Below, piece by piece: positions 24,925-38,560 of a stretch of 64,000 nt of DNA. A program made the position numbers and the translations under genes. The stretch spans positions 16,576,704 through 16,640,703 of the forward strand of contig JAUZTB010000017.1 of NCBI GenBank assembly GCA_034780895.1, given 5' to 3'. The notes under the pieces are model-generated. The model saw only the letters and a list, made by a program, of their open reading frames with translations, was not told where the DNA came from and made no database searches. The DNA is from Rhynchobatus australiae (lineage: Eukaryota). Position 1 is the stretch's first letter. The number at the start of each line of letters is the position of its first letter.

Positions 24925-27900
24925 CTGTCAAAAAAAAAGAACGTGGGTTAGACAAGAGTAACTATCCAATGAGCCATGACGAGACTAATGGCACCAATTT
25001 GAAGCCCAAGTGATGCTGGGGGGAGATGGGGGAGACAACACTTAATATTTAACAGCTTTCTGCTAATTCTCCAACAGAAAATATTTGAACAGATTAAGTG
25101 GTGCCAAAAATCAAGAGACCTGTATTAGATGATGAATGGCTCTGACTCAGATTTTATTTTGATACATGTCATCTCTCTTTTGTTATCAATTTAAAAGAAT
25201 TGTAACAAAGGAGAGCAATTTGAATGACTGTTATAAAGCAACCATATCTGTTACTATTTATTAATCAGGTTTTGATTTCTTAGTAATCATAATTATTTTA
25301 TCACATCAAAAACAAAATCCATTAAATAGGAACCATCTTAAACGAAGAAATTAGAGCCCAAAAGGTCATCTGGGGGAGAAAAATTATTAAAATACCAGTC
25401 CTCTTACAATGATAGATGACTGATAAAATAGTCAAAAGACCAGATTTCTTTTCTCTCATGGCATTTAGCTGGGTTTATGAATTGCCAGCAGAAAAAAAGT
25501 CTTTCAAATATTGTGTTGACTCCAATTGAACTAGCCTACCATACTCTTATAACCAATCATACTGTTACAAATGGAAGACAATTTTGTACAACATCAAATT
25601 CAATTAAAACAAGATAAAAATGTCCATAAAATTACAAGAATTGTACTTCATGCAACATTCCATTAGATAAAATTNNNNNNNNNNNNNNNNNNNNNNNNNN
25701 NNNNNNNNNNNNNNNNNNNNNNNNNNNNNNNNNNNNNNNNNNNNNNNNNNNNNNNNNNNNNNNNNNNNNNNNNNNNNNNNNNNNNNNNNNNNNNNNNNNN
25801 NNNNNNNNNNNNNNNNNNNNNNNNNNNNNNNNNNNNNNNNNNNNNNNNNNNNNNNNNNNNNNNNNNNNNNNNNNNNNNNNNNNNNNNNNNNNNNNNNNNN
25901 NNNNNNNNNNNNNNNNNNNNNNNNNNNNNNNNNNNNNNNNNNNNNNNNNNNNNNNNNNNNNNNNNNNNNNNNNNNNNNNNNNNNNNNNNNNNNNNNNNNN
26001 NNNNNNNNNNNNNNNNNNNNNNNNNNNNNNNNNNNNNNNNNNNNNNNNNNNNNNNNNNNNNNNNNNNNNNNNNNNNNNNNNNNNNNNNNNNNNNNNNGTT
26101 TTATTATTGACATGTAGAGTCTTTACATTACACGTGTAATCTCATGACAAAGTGAGTATGTAATTCAAATTCACCCTTTTTACAACTCAGGGCTGAAAAT
26201 CTGAGAATAAGATTAAAAATTCACAGCAAGTGAGAATGTCCCACTTTATACCCTATTTTACTAGACCGCATTACGTGTCTACCAAAAACCAGTGTCTATT
26301 AACTACTTCCATTACCCCACCAAGAGACATTGAGTGGCATTAACACAATACTACATTTTATTTAAAAGGCTGAATCCAAATACATTTGGATAAAAGTTTT
26401 AAGACTATTGTTGAACATGAAACCATAATGGTATTAAATTATTGGATTCCACTTTAGTTACATTGAACACCAAGTGTGCAAAATCTCATTTTCAAAGCTG
26501 CTCAATAAGTTCCGCATATTTTGAAAAACACGACTGATGTATAGGATTTGCAGGACTAATATTGTTACTACTTGATACAGCAGTAATGACCAGCAGCCAC
26601 CAACAACCACAAGCTCCCCTTTCTTAAGAAAACAGATTAGCTTCCCATTGAAACAAATGAGATGCAAAACCTTGAACTTCAGCATGAAGATTTCATCACA
26701 ACGCCACAGGGCATTTTAAGCAGTGGAATCGCAACCGTCTGCTTTTTCAGCAGAAGGCTTTGTCCACTGGCATCATAAGCTTCCTGTAAGTCTATGCTTT
26801 GGAAAGAATTTGCTGCAAAATTCTGTGAGCAAACAGCAGGAGGCTATAGTTAGTTATTTACTGTCTACAGTCTCTCCTGCTTCTAATTGGCGCCTGCAAC
26901 TGTAGTAATGAGTTTACAGGACACATGGACAATGCAGAGTAGATGATGATTCAGTTTCTTCCCCTTCATCAACAAACTAATTTTGATTGTAATGAAACAT
27001 TTACAAACAAGAAGTCAATTAGGCCCCAACACAATCCAACTGCAGTCCATCTCATTTTAGAGATTCCTTTGATCTGCACCACTTTTCTCTTCAAAATCTA
27101 CATTAAGGAAGGCTCATATTTTAGTCAGACAAGAGAACTTTAATTTATCATGCATTAGCACACAAGAAAATAGTAGTTCCCTCCTTGGCAAAGATTACAG
27201 TTCTAATGCAGACTAAAGGGCTTGGATTATTTCCTAAGGATGTGGTCCTCTGCTGCACCAAGACCTGATCTGATCCAACCTATAAGCCAACTTCTCATGA
27301 TGAGACAGGAATTGATCCGATTCCCTTTCGAATACCTTGCCAGAGTTCAAAAGTCAATTAGTCCAAGTGAGAAGTGTGCCTTAAGCCAAGTTCAACACAT
27401 GCCTGTATTTTTTAAGCTGATAAATAATGACTCAGGTTCTTTGTTTGAGCACAAAATACCTCTGTATATCCATGTCATTGATTCCCTCTTATCATTTGAA
27501 AGGAGTGGATAGTCTTCTGACCGCCAGCATTGTTAAAAATGAAGAATCCTGGCAAAGTGATCTACAAATGGAATCAAAACTTACTTTTCCACTACCTGCA
27601 AATTGCACCACAGTGTCCACATTTGTACATATTTGTTTACCCTACATTGGCTTCAAGAGCCTCATAATTAGTGCAACTTGCAATCCAGATTTGACTGACT
27701 ACTCCTGTACATAACTAACAACCAGCAGCACTAAATAACCAATCTCACTCAAGAGACCAAAACTAAGCAGATAGACAATCACATTTGTTTCGATTAAAAG
27801 ATGTAATATTGTGACTTTCCAGGATGTTGCTGGTATAGTCGATTCAAAGAGCATGTATTTCATTAACAGGAAAATGTCCTGAACTAATTAAGAACAAGTT

Positions 27901-30900
27901 ATTTATTTTAAAGCAATTCAAAACTAACATAAGATAGGAGGTATCCCAAAAACATTCTGAATCTTCCTGACAAGCGGCTTACTACAAAAAAAAAGAGAAA
28001 ATAGTTGGAGAGAAGAGGGGGAAAAAAAAGCAGAGAGAAAAAAAACACCAAGAGGAACTGTACAGTAATTGCACAGATTCACTTTCACTTGAAAGAAAAC
28101 ATAATTAGCATTGTTCATTCAGGGGATCCTGGCCAAGCTTATATTAAGTCATCTCCAACTAAATATTAATTTACCCTCTATAAAAATACACATTTGCATC
28201 ATCTGACAAAGCAGCCCATCTGACTAGTGCTCCCAAGTTGATTTTGAGTTTGTTTGCACTTTAAAATCCAATAGCTAATAAAGCATTCAGGTGTTACAAG
28301 CATCTTGTAGAGCACAGCAAACAACAATGCAAGGCACAAAACGAGCTGTAACACAGGGCAGCTCTTCAAATTGCATCATCAATTGTGGAAACAAAGCAAA
28401 GCTTGAAAAGCGAACTACAAGGGTAGTAACAGGACATAGAAGTTGCTCGAGAGCAAAGGTCCCAAATTGTAGGAGTAACTTATGTCCAGAGTAGGTCGTA
28501 CATATACATAAATCACAGGACTGTGAAACTACATCTGAAATGTAGATTTATGGGAAAAATGTTATCTATTAAAACAAAATAGTACGGGGGGGGATCTTAT
28601 AGAGACAATTAACCTCTTTTTTCCCCCCAATTTATGGTTTATAAAATGCATTTTATCTCTTTATTAAGCATATATTTCTACTATTGCAAAATAATAAATT
28701 TGAACAATTTTTGTACTTTTATTTTTGTCAGGAAATATTTTCAAGCTATTAAAAATTCTGCAAAGGAACACAGAGTCCCCTTTAACATGACCGATTAACA
28801 GTGACTTCTAACAACAAAGCAACAAAATAATCTAACAAAAGACCTTAAGGCAGTTATTAATAACAAGAAGAGTTCAAATGACAGGATTCAATGAACTCTA
28901 CTAACTTGCTAGTACCTGTATTGATTTTAATTCAGTTTCCTACACCGTCTCCCCAAATGGGCCATCAGTGCCTAAAGTAACAGCTTGATTTTTAAATAGA
29001 AATACTGAGGAGTCACTAACACACACACACACAGAGTCTTAATCACATATCACCTGCTGAATTCAGTAGCAACCTACAAATCTGAACTAAAAAATGATTT
29101 GCGCAAATAGCTAAAGCCTAGCAGTGACAAAAAGAAATCCAAAGTGACTAAGGGTTTACTATGACAAGAATTAATCTTGCCCATTTCTTGAAGATTTTAA
29201 TTGTTCCTTCAAGAATAAAGTGGCCCAGTGCCAGATAATTTTTGACTGAAAATGTTGAATACATTTGACTGTAAAATAGCAAGCAAGATGGCAATACACG
29301 CCAAAGGTTTAAAAAGCACAACTTGTTATGAGACCCACTAGATAAGTTAGTGCAAACACTTCACATCAGAGCTTAAGTGGGCAATGAGAGGCAGTATTAT
29401 TCATATTATTTCATTAAGTAACCATGAGAATTTATTTTCATAAGCGAGGCAGAAAAAGGAAGATACAATTATGGCCCTTCTTAAATTATGGGATGAACTT
29501 CAAAAACTTGCAGTTAAACTGCTGACAAGACTGTAAATATTGCAGAAAAAATAATACTGATTTTTTTTATTAATTATCATAAATTGCCTGTCAGTATGCA
29601 CATTAGTTTCTGGGCAGATAAAGCAGATCTAACAGTATTCTTTTATATATTTCCTTTAAAATATTTAGGAGAGGTTAGTGGAATGTTTTACCTTGCAACT
29701 ATTCTTTCCCTAGGTGCACTACAATTCACTGCTCGGGTTGAGGGATATTGATTGGTTTGGTTCAGTGTCTGCTGCAGAAATTGATGCAAATTTGGTTTTG
29801 GGATCAAATGGGCAGAGGGCAAGCCCTGGGAGTGGCTGAGGAGGATAGACACTTTGGGAACGATTCAGGAGGAGGACAGATTGGATGATGATTCGGGCTT
29901 CTGCTGTGGAGACCAGACACTGTGGGATCTGCAATATTGCGGGTTAGGCAGGAGCTTAAAGTAATTATTATAAACATGCACATTCTATAATAGATGTCAA
30001 TTCCAACTTGTATAAACCTCAGGTGGTTGGTGCTCTATGTGGAGACATTACTCCCAAGGTCTCGGAAAACAGGATCATTACTGAAAGGGAAATTTTAAAA
30101 TTAAAACTGCTGACAGAGCCAATATTTTATTGGGGTCAAGTTTAGGTTTTTAATCACGCTTGACTTTTATTGGTGGTTAGGAATCATGTTCCATCTGATG
30201 CTGCCCATTTTCATGTGGAAACTACAAACCTCGTGTTACCTGTAGCTCACTTCTGAAAGATCACAAGTGCAAGTACAAAATGTGAATCTCTTTATACTAT
30301 TTTTCTAATCACGCTCTCCAATACTTAGTCATATTTTAACTGTTTTTCTCCCACCCCATTTATCTCCAAGGCCATCCCCTAACCCCACCACTTACATCCC
30401 TGAGGTACAATTTTTTCCTTCTTTAATTATAGTAAACAACAAACTACATTCAGCAAGAAGCCACACAAGATAACAATATCACTATTGTCGATTTAGAACT
30501 GTTATTTAGGATTTACATGAAGGAAAGAGGATGTTAGAATATTAAGCTGTTGCCAAGGGAGGAAGTGGAGGAAATGCCTGTAGGAAGTGGGTCTGTCCAT
30601 CAAACAGTGGCAGTAGGCAGGCTGTGAAGGAAACTCCTCCTCTTGGACCATTGCACAGCACTTTACCCAGGAAACTCTACAGTCAACCTCTGACCTTTCA
30701 AGTGTACTTAAGCGTCACATTCCAAATAATCTGCAGTGGGAGATGTTTCACTAGGGTGGACCCTGCATAGCATTCACAATCAGGAATGTGGCAGTCAAAG
30801 ATTGATTGAACAGTCATAATCCTTCCCTGCTTTTAAAAAAAAGATTGGTAACCCAAGAGAAATGAAAGCTTGCCATTCACCTCTGATGTCATTAATCAAG

Positions 30901-33900
30901 AGGCAGGCAAAACAAACTGGAAATGCTACGATCATCATTCTACCCTGTTCCTTCTGCTGAATGCACCCTATTGCGTTCATCGTAGTTCTGTGCAGCTGAA
31001 GAAAGACTGGGTCTGAAAAGTGCATTTGTACTCAAAGTATAATAAAACAAAAGCAGCTACACAAGGGGGTTTGTCAGTCTGCCTTCCCTGGGCTCCAGGC
31101 TAATTCTGGCAAGTCTTATGCTTTACTCAAATTACTAGCCTTAAGCTTGGCGGCTATACCCAGGCACAGCTTACTTTCTAAAGGTACTAATCTTAATGGT
31201 CTGCCATACTCGAGTCTCTTATTGCAAAAGTCTGCTCTCTATTAACTCCTTAATTGTTGTGCAGCTATGTACCAACTGCAATTCTGAAAGGAGAGGGAGA
31301 CTGTCATTAAAAAAAAAATCTATTAATAGTTAAATTTTCTTTGGAAACTCTCACTCAATAATAACTCTCCACACTAACAAATGATGAAGGATTTGCTAAA
31401 GGACAATATTTAAATCCATGCATTCATTCAACATTTTCTTTACATTGTCCACACCAGAAAAAAATCCTTCACACCTGAGTAAGCATTTTCTCCCAAATCT
31501 ACTTTTCCTATTCTTATTTATACAGTGGTCTGCGCCCTTTCACAGTATTATATAGCTCATTTCTGGCCAAGGTCTTGCCCTTTGTTAGCTGGCTATTGTT
31601 CTCAAGGACAAGGCCTTCATTGACTAGTAAAACTCTCCTGCTCAGGAAGAGGCCTCTCGTCTCCTCCAACAAACGATGACAGGACCACTGACACAACAGC
31701 ATACCAAGACAATACTGCACAACCAGGCAGCACAAAACTGCTCCCGAATGCTCTCACATATTTCCAAGCTATTTCAGCCGTCAAGAAAGACGGACCACTT
31801 TCTGGCCACCCAATTGTTACAATTGTATTAGCAAAACCAAACTAAAATCATGCTCTGGGGCCTACTATCCTCTGGAGGCATGTGGTGGAGAACTATTGCT
31901 ATTAAATGCATTTAAGTTAACCGTTAATTGCTCAATTATACCACTTCCTAGCATATATTGGTCACTGAAAGATTTGAGTTTCAGTAAAACAGCCACCCTT
32001 GCAGTTGCACTCTCAGTTAACACCCCAGCATTTTTCAAAACTTCCCCATCAAATAACTATTCAGTGAAGCCAACCTTTCAAGGGACAAATACATAAATCA
32101 AAACTACTCATTCCAAGTTCATTTCTTTCCATTACTCCCAGAATTGGAAAAAAAACTGCAAGCAATTTAATCTGTTGTATTTTAAAAATCATCATTGTTT
32201 GGAAGATTTCCTAGTAGCCATCTAATGAACCCATAACAATTGCAACAACTGGCAAGAAAGATAATATCCCCTTTTGAGCTCGAGGAAGGAGGACATGTGG
32301 ACCTACAATTAAAGATGTGAATGGAACTTGTAAAGCAAAATATTGTTGGTTGTAGCTAAAAAACAGCCTCAAAGGAAATGGGGCAAATGATGAAAAAGCA
32401 AACTGACAAAAAACGATGGATTAACATGTCACGTTATAGTACATTAAATAATGCTTGAGAATATTTGAGTTACGCTAGCTGCAGCATACATTCCATTGCA
32501 CATGCAGTGGCTTACTGAAAGGAATCCTTTATCCCCAATTGCTTTAAGTAATTCTACTCATTTTACACATACTACAGTCCTTTATGAGAAGTCAAAGTCA
32601 TACTCAAAAAAAGTCACAATTTCAGAGATTGATACTCGGCAGTTTCCTCTATTACAGGGTGACCTATAGAAATAACTTGCAGAGAATTTAAAAATCATGT
32701 TATATCAGAATCAAGCAACTTGCCCATGTGAGTCCCCTTTTATAATTTTTCATTTATTTTTGACATTTTTATTTACCCAATATTTGTCTTGTAACAGAAT
32801 TCCTACAGTTACCTGCCCAAGTTAGCTGCTAAATTACCCACATGCTGTATTTTAATACATGTTATTTGGTACTAAGTCAGTCTTGGATAAATCTCGAGAC
32901 TTAATCACACATTGAGTTATTCTAGGCGGTTGTCTAAAAACACACAAAATTTTATTTACAGTGCAGTTATTTAGATGGTTGTTGGTTTATTTCCGTTTGA
33001 TAACACTGAGCTCGAGGGCAGAAAGGTTGCGGTTTACAAAGCAGTTACATTTCTTACAATGCACATATGCTTATTGAGAGGAGCCTTGAGCATCAATCTT
33101 TTCAGCAAAAGAAAAATCAATTTGCACTTACAGCAGTTCAGTCGAACATACAAAAGAGTTTCACAGAGTCTGCAGTACAATGACTGAACTCTGTGTAGGA
33201 CGTATGTGCCAGACTGGACAAGTAGTTAAAGGAAAGTTAACTGACAGACTATGATCGATTGGTGTTTCAGGTTGACAAATTCCAGCAGAACAAGACATCT
33301 GCCAAGCATGTGACCTGATAAATAGCAGCAGCAAAGCTCAAATCCAAATATTCATTTCAGTATAAACTAAAAAACATTCACGTGCGAGTAAAAAAAGTGA
33401 CGAACAGGAAAAGAGACCATGAGACAATTTCATACATTATCGATAAAGGATTACTTTTTTTTTGAAACGGTTGTATTTTCATGGCTTTCAAAACATATGG
33501 AAAATGACTACAGCACCTTTGTGCCCATCATTTTGCCTAGAGCACTTAGTAACATTAATGTAGCTTCAATCAGTGAAATTACCATATTGAGTGATTAAGC
33601 AACAAAATATAATTGAGCCCTCTTAATGGGAACACCCGCACAGAGAACAAAATGTTTCCTTTACCCAACTATTACCAAGAAATCTTGAGTGGCAATCAAT
33701 TGTGTATTGGAAGTATCAGAAAACAAGGCATTAATTGATCATTAACAGATTTCTCCTTACAAGAAGAGATTGTGGAACTATTTCCCTGTATTTGTCAAAA
33801 GTGCATACACTGAAGTCAAGGTGAAACCTGCTCTGCCGCGATAGAGGTTAAATTGGTTAAACTGTTACCTTCTACCACTGCCTCTCTCTTCAATCAGTCA

Positions 33901-35773
33901 AGGAGCCGTTCCAGCTTTGCAAGATTGAACTAAAAATCTTATAAACTACTATTCTTGCAATTAAATAGATTGGGATTAAAATCAGCTATCAGGTAAATAC
34001 TCCCTCAAGATGGCTTCAATGTCTGAGATGCAATTTTCTAGATTAAAAAATTATACCCAGATAATAATATAAAAGCAAGGATAGGGTGGGGAAGGGAACA
34101 AATTGGTGCAGAAACACTTCAAAAAATCGCACAGGAAAAATTAATACTTTACAAAGTGAACTTAGATTTTGATATTATAAACACTATATTTGAGGTGGTT
34201 AAAAAATTTAGTTCATATCCCTACTGAAGCAAATATATACTGATTTCAAAAACACTGATTTTTAAATTGACAACTTTGGATACCAAGAAGTACCAAGTCA
34301 ACGTACATAATTGATGCTTTAACCAATTTACACGACTGCTTAACATTTACTGTAAAAAGTCCCATAGCGGACTTTACGTCTGTGTAATCGTTATTCAAAT
34401 GATAGTCAATGTCATACATGTCATTAATGCCATTAACCAGAATATAAAAGTGTTTTGTGGCTTAATTACATTGGGAGTGGATGGGCGCGGAAGTTCACTG
34501 AACATTTATCAGGAAAAAAATAAAATTTCAGCCTTAAAATGCACATTTTATTTGTTCTGGTGGTATGTTCAAAACATCTGGCACTAATTTTGTTCATTGC
34601 AGGAAAAAGACAGCCCCACAGCAGTGGAATATATACATACAGACACGCACAAATAAAAACCTCAACATATTTACATTTTAAAAAAATAGATTAGGTTTGC
34701 TTTTAAATCCAAGGAGAACACACTATCAAACCTAAGCCAGTGTTTGGGTATGCTCTAAAATATCATTGAATGCAAGACTTTTGTTACACAACCCCACAGA
34801 GCAGTAACGTATACCAAAACCTCAAAAGTGAGGCTTTCCTGCAAACTCAAAAGGACCTTTCTGAAATGCTCTGGGCATACTCCTTTTTAAAATTAAATAT
34901 TATCCAATGCCTCTCAAATAAATGAGCACAAAAAAATTGGAAAAACAACTTGCTGTCTACGATTCTACAAACACCTATTATATCTGAGGAGCGCCCTGCT
35001 TCTAATAATTTATTTAAACTATTCTTTTTCAGTTCAAACCTTCAGTAGCTGTGAAATTTTGGAGAGGATCACAGACACTATTTTAGTTTAAAAGGGAGCA
35101 ATTATTCCATGGTGTTTTAGCTACTTTCTTAGACTGGAAAATGTAAAGCACTTAAAAATGATAATTTTGTGTTTCATGATCCAACTGATGTCTCTGATTA
35201 TAAAGAGTTAATTAAGAAAGCCATCCCTCCCCTTCAAAATGACATTTAGATAGCACAAGGAAAAAGCTTTTTGCATTTGGTCTTGTACATGATTTGCATA
35301 CTGTTGCATCGAAAACAGCTTTGACAATTGAGCCATATTAAGAAACACTTTCTCAAACTATATGAGTATATTTCAAATCGATTTTAAAAGTACAATTTAA
35401 CTAATTGGAAGCATGACAGTGGAATGTCAGAATTCATTAGGATCCTAAAATGTAAATTTTGCACTAAAATCTGTGTGTAAAATATCTCAAACTAGATAGC
35501 TATAGAGAAAGAAAATCGGTATCGAGGTGGTTAAAACAACTTTCCTAATGCAAATCCAATGTTATGTTGCCTACAATTGTTTTTTCTTTTTTTTTGTTTC
35601 TTCTTCACAGAAGACATTCTTATGAAAGCAGTGTTACAAAGGTCACAGTTTCAAGTGTTGGATAGAAGGTCGCTACCTGAGCTGACCACCTCTTAACCAC
35701 AGTGACTGGCCTTATCTGAAGCCCATCGGGTGAAATAAAATATAACCGTGCACTGTAGCATACAGTAACTTAC

Positions 35774-35896
35774 CCAGCTGTTTAGATTGAGGTGCCAGCA
35801 ACCAAACTGATGGAAAAAGGAGAGCCCAGAGGCTAACGTTCCTCCTTTATTGTTCCCTTCTTCCATTCCCAGCAAAATTGCATCCCTCGGGTACAT
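35774..35896 (-). CDS. TCF7L2: Candidate coding part of an alternative first exon in intron 5, MYPRDAILLGMEEGNNKGGTLASGLSFFHQFGCWHLNLNSW (41 aa), in frame with exon 6
   Basis: ATG in GCGGCATGT context, 123 nt open, ends at consensus donor TGG|GTAAGT in phase 0, which matches the exon 6 acceptor phase. Confidence 0.6.
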
Positions 35897-36477
35897 GCCG
35901 CCTTGTCTTCTGTTGTCTCTTAACCTCTACAACTTTTCCCCCCCTTTCTCTCTTGCCTTGGTGCCGACTGCGCTTTTGTTTCTTCCTGGTTTTTCTAGCG
36001 TCTTTTTTTAAAGTACTAAAAAAAGATGTCTCAAAAGATCAAGAGCTTCCCAGTTCTGTGGCCTGGTGTTTTTAGAACCAACATCCTCATTCAAGTTTGC
36101 CGTTGGTTGCATCTTAGTCCGGGTGCAATCCTATACCTGCTGTACAGCAGGGACCAAAATTTAGGACACAAACGATAACAGATCACTGCATCAAAATGCT
36201 CACTTAGGAATGAGCAAGACCGCACACACGGGTATAACCTCTTGCGTACTATTTATTTTCTTTTCAAAGCCTACAACTCTCCTAGGATTACCAAAATGAC
36301 AATGCTGCAACTCTATATGGAAAGGTATCAATAAGAGCAGGAGAGAAGAGACAAGCAGCGGTTAAGGGAGCATGATCAACAAACTGTAGCATGCAGTCAC
36401 ATCTGTGGGAATGTCAAATCCCTCACGCTGAAGTTCTGGGGGTAGAGCTGTGAGAAAGCCCTATTTCTTGTCAGTGA

Positions 36478-36540
36478 CATATATATATATCATACATATA
36501 CACACACACACAGACACACACACACACACGTATATATAAA
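36478..36540. repeat. Compound (AT)n/(CA)n microsatellite
   Basis: Directly visible dinucleotide runs. Confidence 0.9.
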
Positions 36541-38249
36541 TACATATTAAAACAGACACCTGTGAGGTCTTGCCATCAATTCCAAGTTTTTTTTATTATG
36601 GTAGTAAATGCAAAGAGGAGAAAAGGCAAAGCACTAGATCTCACTGCAGCTTCTCTTGGCTGACCTCAGCTACATACAATATACAAGAGCAGCTTTTGTA
36701 TTGCAAGGATTCTCTTTTGAGTTGCTTTGCATACTGCTTCCCGTCGCTAATTGCATCCCCAAACAAAACCCTCTCCATCTTAAAAATTGAGGGGAAGGTG
36801 TGGGGGTAGGCAGCTCAAATGTTCCAGTAAATGTTTTTCACAATAAAAGCAAAATTAATGAAATGGTCCCATTAACCCTCACCCCACCTTCTCAATGTAG
36901 GTGGAACTTAGCACCCGACACCAACCCCTGCCCCTTCACCCCATCATAGGATTTCAAAATAACCCCATCAAGTTTTGAAAAAAAATCAAACTTCACACCA
37001 CACACACCATTTTAAACTCCTAGATGAGCTACTACGGGACACTTAACACACCTTTCCTCATCTATCTATACTGGGCAAGGAAAGTGACAAGACACACAAC
37101 AACTGGAGAAACAAAACAGTGTGCAGTTTTTCCCTCTTTATTTAGCGCTCCACACTAATCTGGCCGCGTGCAAAGTGTCGGCCAGAAATCTTTAAGGCCT
37201 TAATACCAAAACAAAACCTTTGAATTCCCTTTATATGGTGCAATACAGGCACTAACAAAGGCAATGAGGCTGCAGTTTGACATGTAAAAAGCCCAACAAC
37301 GAGGCAGCTAATTACATTCCCTCCCTCTATTCACAGTGGCCACCACACTCCAGCAGCTTCCTTTGTCACACGTGCAATTTCTTAAGTAAACTGGGAGTTT
37401 GGTTGCTGATGATGGACAGTTACTAATCATTTAGCACAATGAGCACTAAGTGCGGCAGAAAGGATGGGCAACTTCATCACAGATTTCTTTGGGATTGGAG
37501 GATGTGAGAAGAAAAAGGAGCGGGACGAAAGCTCGCCACACAGGCGACGGAAGGTGAACACTTAAAATACCAGACCTTTTCAGCCTGCATATTTACCTTG
37601 CAACTACTGAGGGGGGGCGGGGGGGCAGGTGGGGGGATTTCTTGCTGATGATGTAAATTAGGGAGCTGGTCCAGGGGGAATCATTAATGAGAGCAGCAAT
37701 GTGACTATAATGTCAAGTGTCTGGAGGATGATAAGATGCAATAGAACCGGTGATGGCATGTGAAGTTGCAATGAACTTGCATGTTGTTACTTGTCACAAG
37801 GTGGACATTGAAATGTGGCAGAAATGGTGGCCAAGTAATTGAAATGCATTTCACTACCTGATTAAGCAATTTTCCTTTGGAGCTTTGCCTGGGAAATTAG
37901 CTCATTCTGAGGAGTTTCCATTGTTGGGCACTCCATGACCACCCATGCTTCTGTAGCATTGTTCCATAGAGGCCAGCAAATTGTTTGGTTTCTTGGAGTA
38001 GGTCCCTGTCCAGTGCTAAAACCCAGCCCAGATAGGTCTTCCGTTTTGTTTTACGTACCCCAATGGGCTACCCCAGACCCCTTAACATCGTGATGACACC
38101 AAATGAATGGAATGAATGTTGGAGGCGGAGTACAATGCAGAGATGCTGCTTTCCAATGCATTTAGTGTTACTGACTGAACATCTGGACAGTTGTGTCTTA
38201 CACAATCCCAAGGTGTGCTTTGGGCCACATATCTGTACCCTCACTAAGA

Positions 38250-38560
38250 TTAACTCCACCTCAGTAGCAGCAGCCAGCTCTGCCCTGCTTCAATTGCCTC
38301 TGCTGAAATGCTCAATCACACTCTTGTTACCTTTAGATTTGATTTCTTCAATGTGCTCCTGGCTGATCTCCTTGTTCTCTCCTCCATAAACTTGTGGTCT
38401 TCAAAAACTCTGATCGTCATTTCCTAACCTACGCCCCAGGCCACTCACCCACCACTCTTCATTGGCTCCCACTTGATTTTACAGTTCTCACACTTCTAGT
38501 GAGAATCCCTTCTCTGTAGTTTATTGTTAACTCTGTCACCTTCTCCAGTCCTACACCCCC
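38250..38560 (+). mobile_element. L2-like LINE fragment
   Basis: GCTGAAATGCTCAATCACACTCTTGTTACCTTTAGATTTGAT..AATGTGCTCCTGGCTG resembles the L2 ORF2 motif LIHAFVTSRLDYCNALL. Confidence 0.6.

Larger units (their letters stand above)
35677..37910 (-). promoter_or_regulatory. Putative internal promoter and alternative first-exon cluster for truncated TCF7L2
   Basis: Transposon-free stretch with a TATAAAG box (37235-37229), a GC box/G-tracts (37611-37636), a TAAT cluster (37650-37910) and several sense-strand donors. Intron-5 promoters are known in mouse Tcf7l2. Confidence 0.55.
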
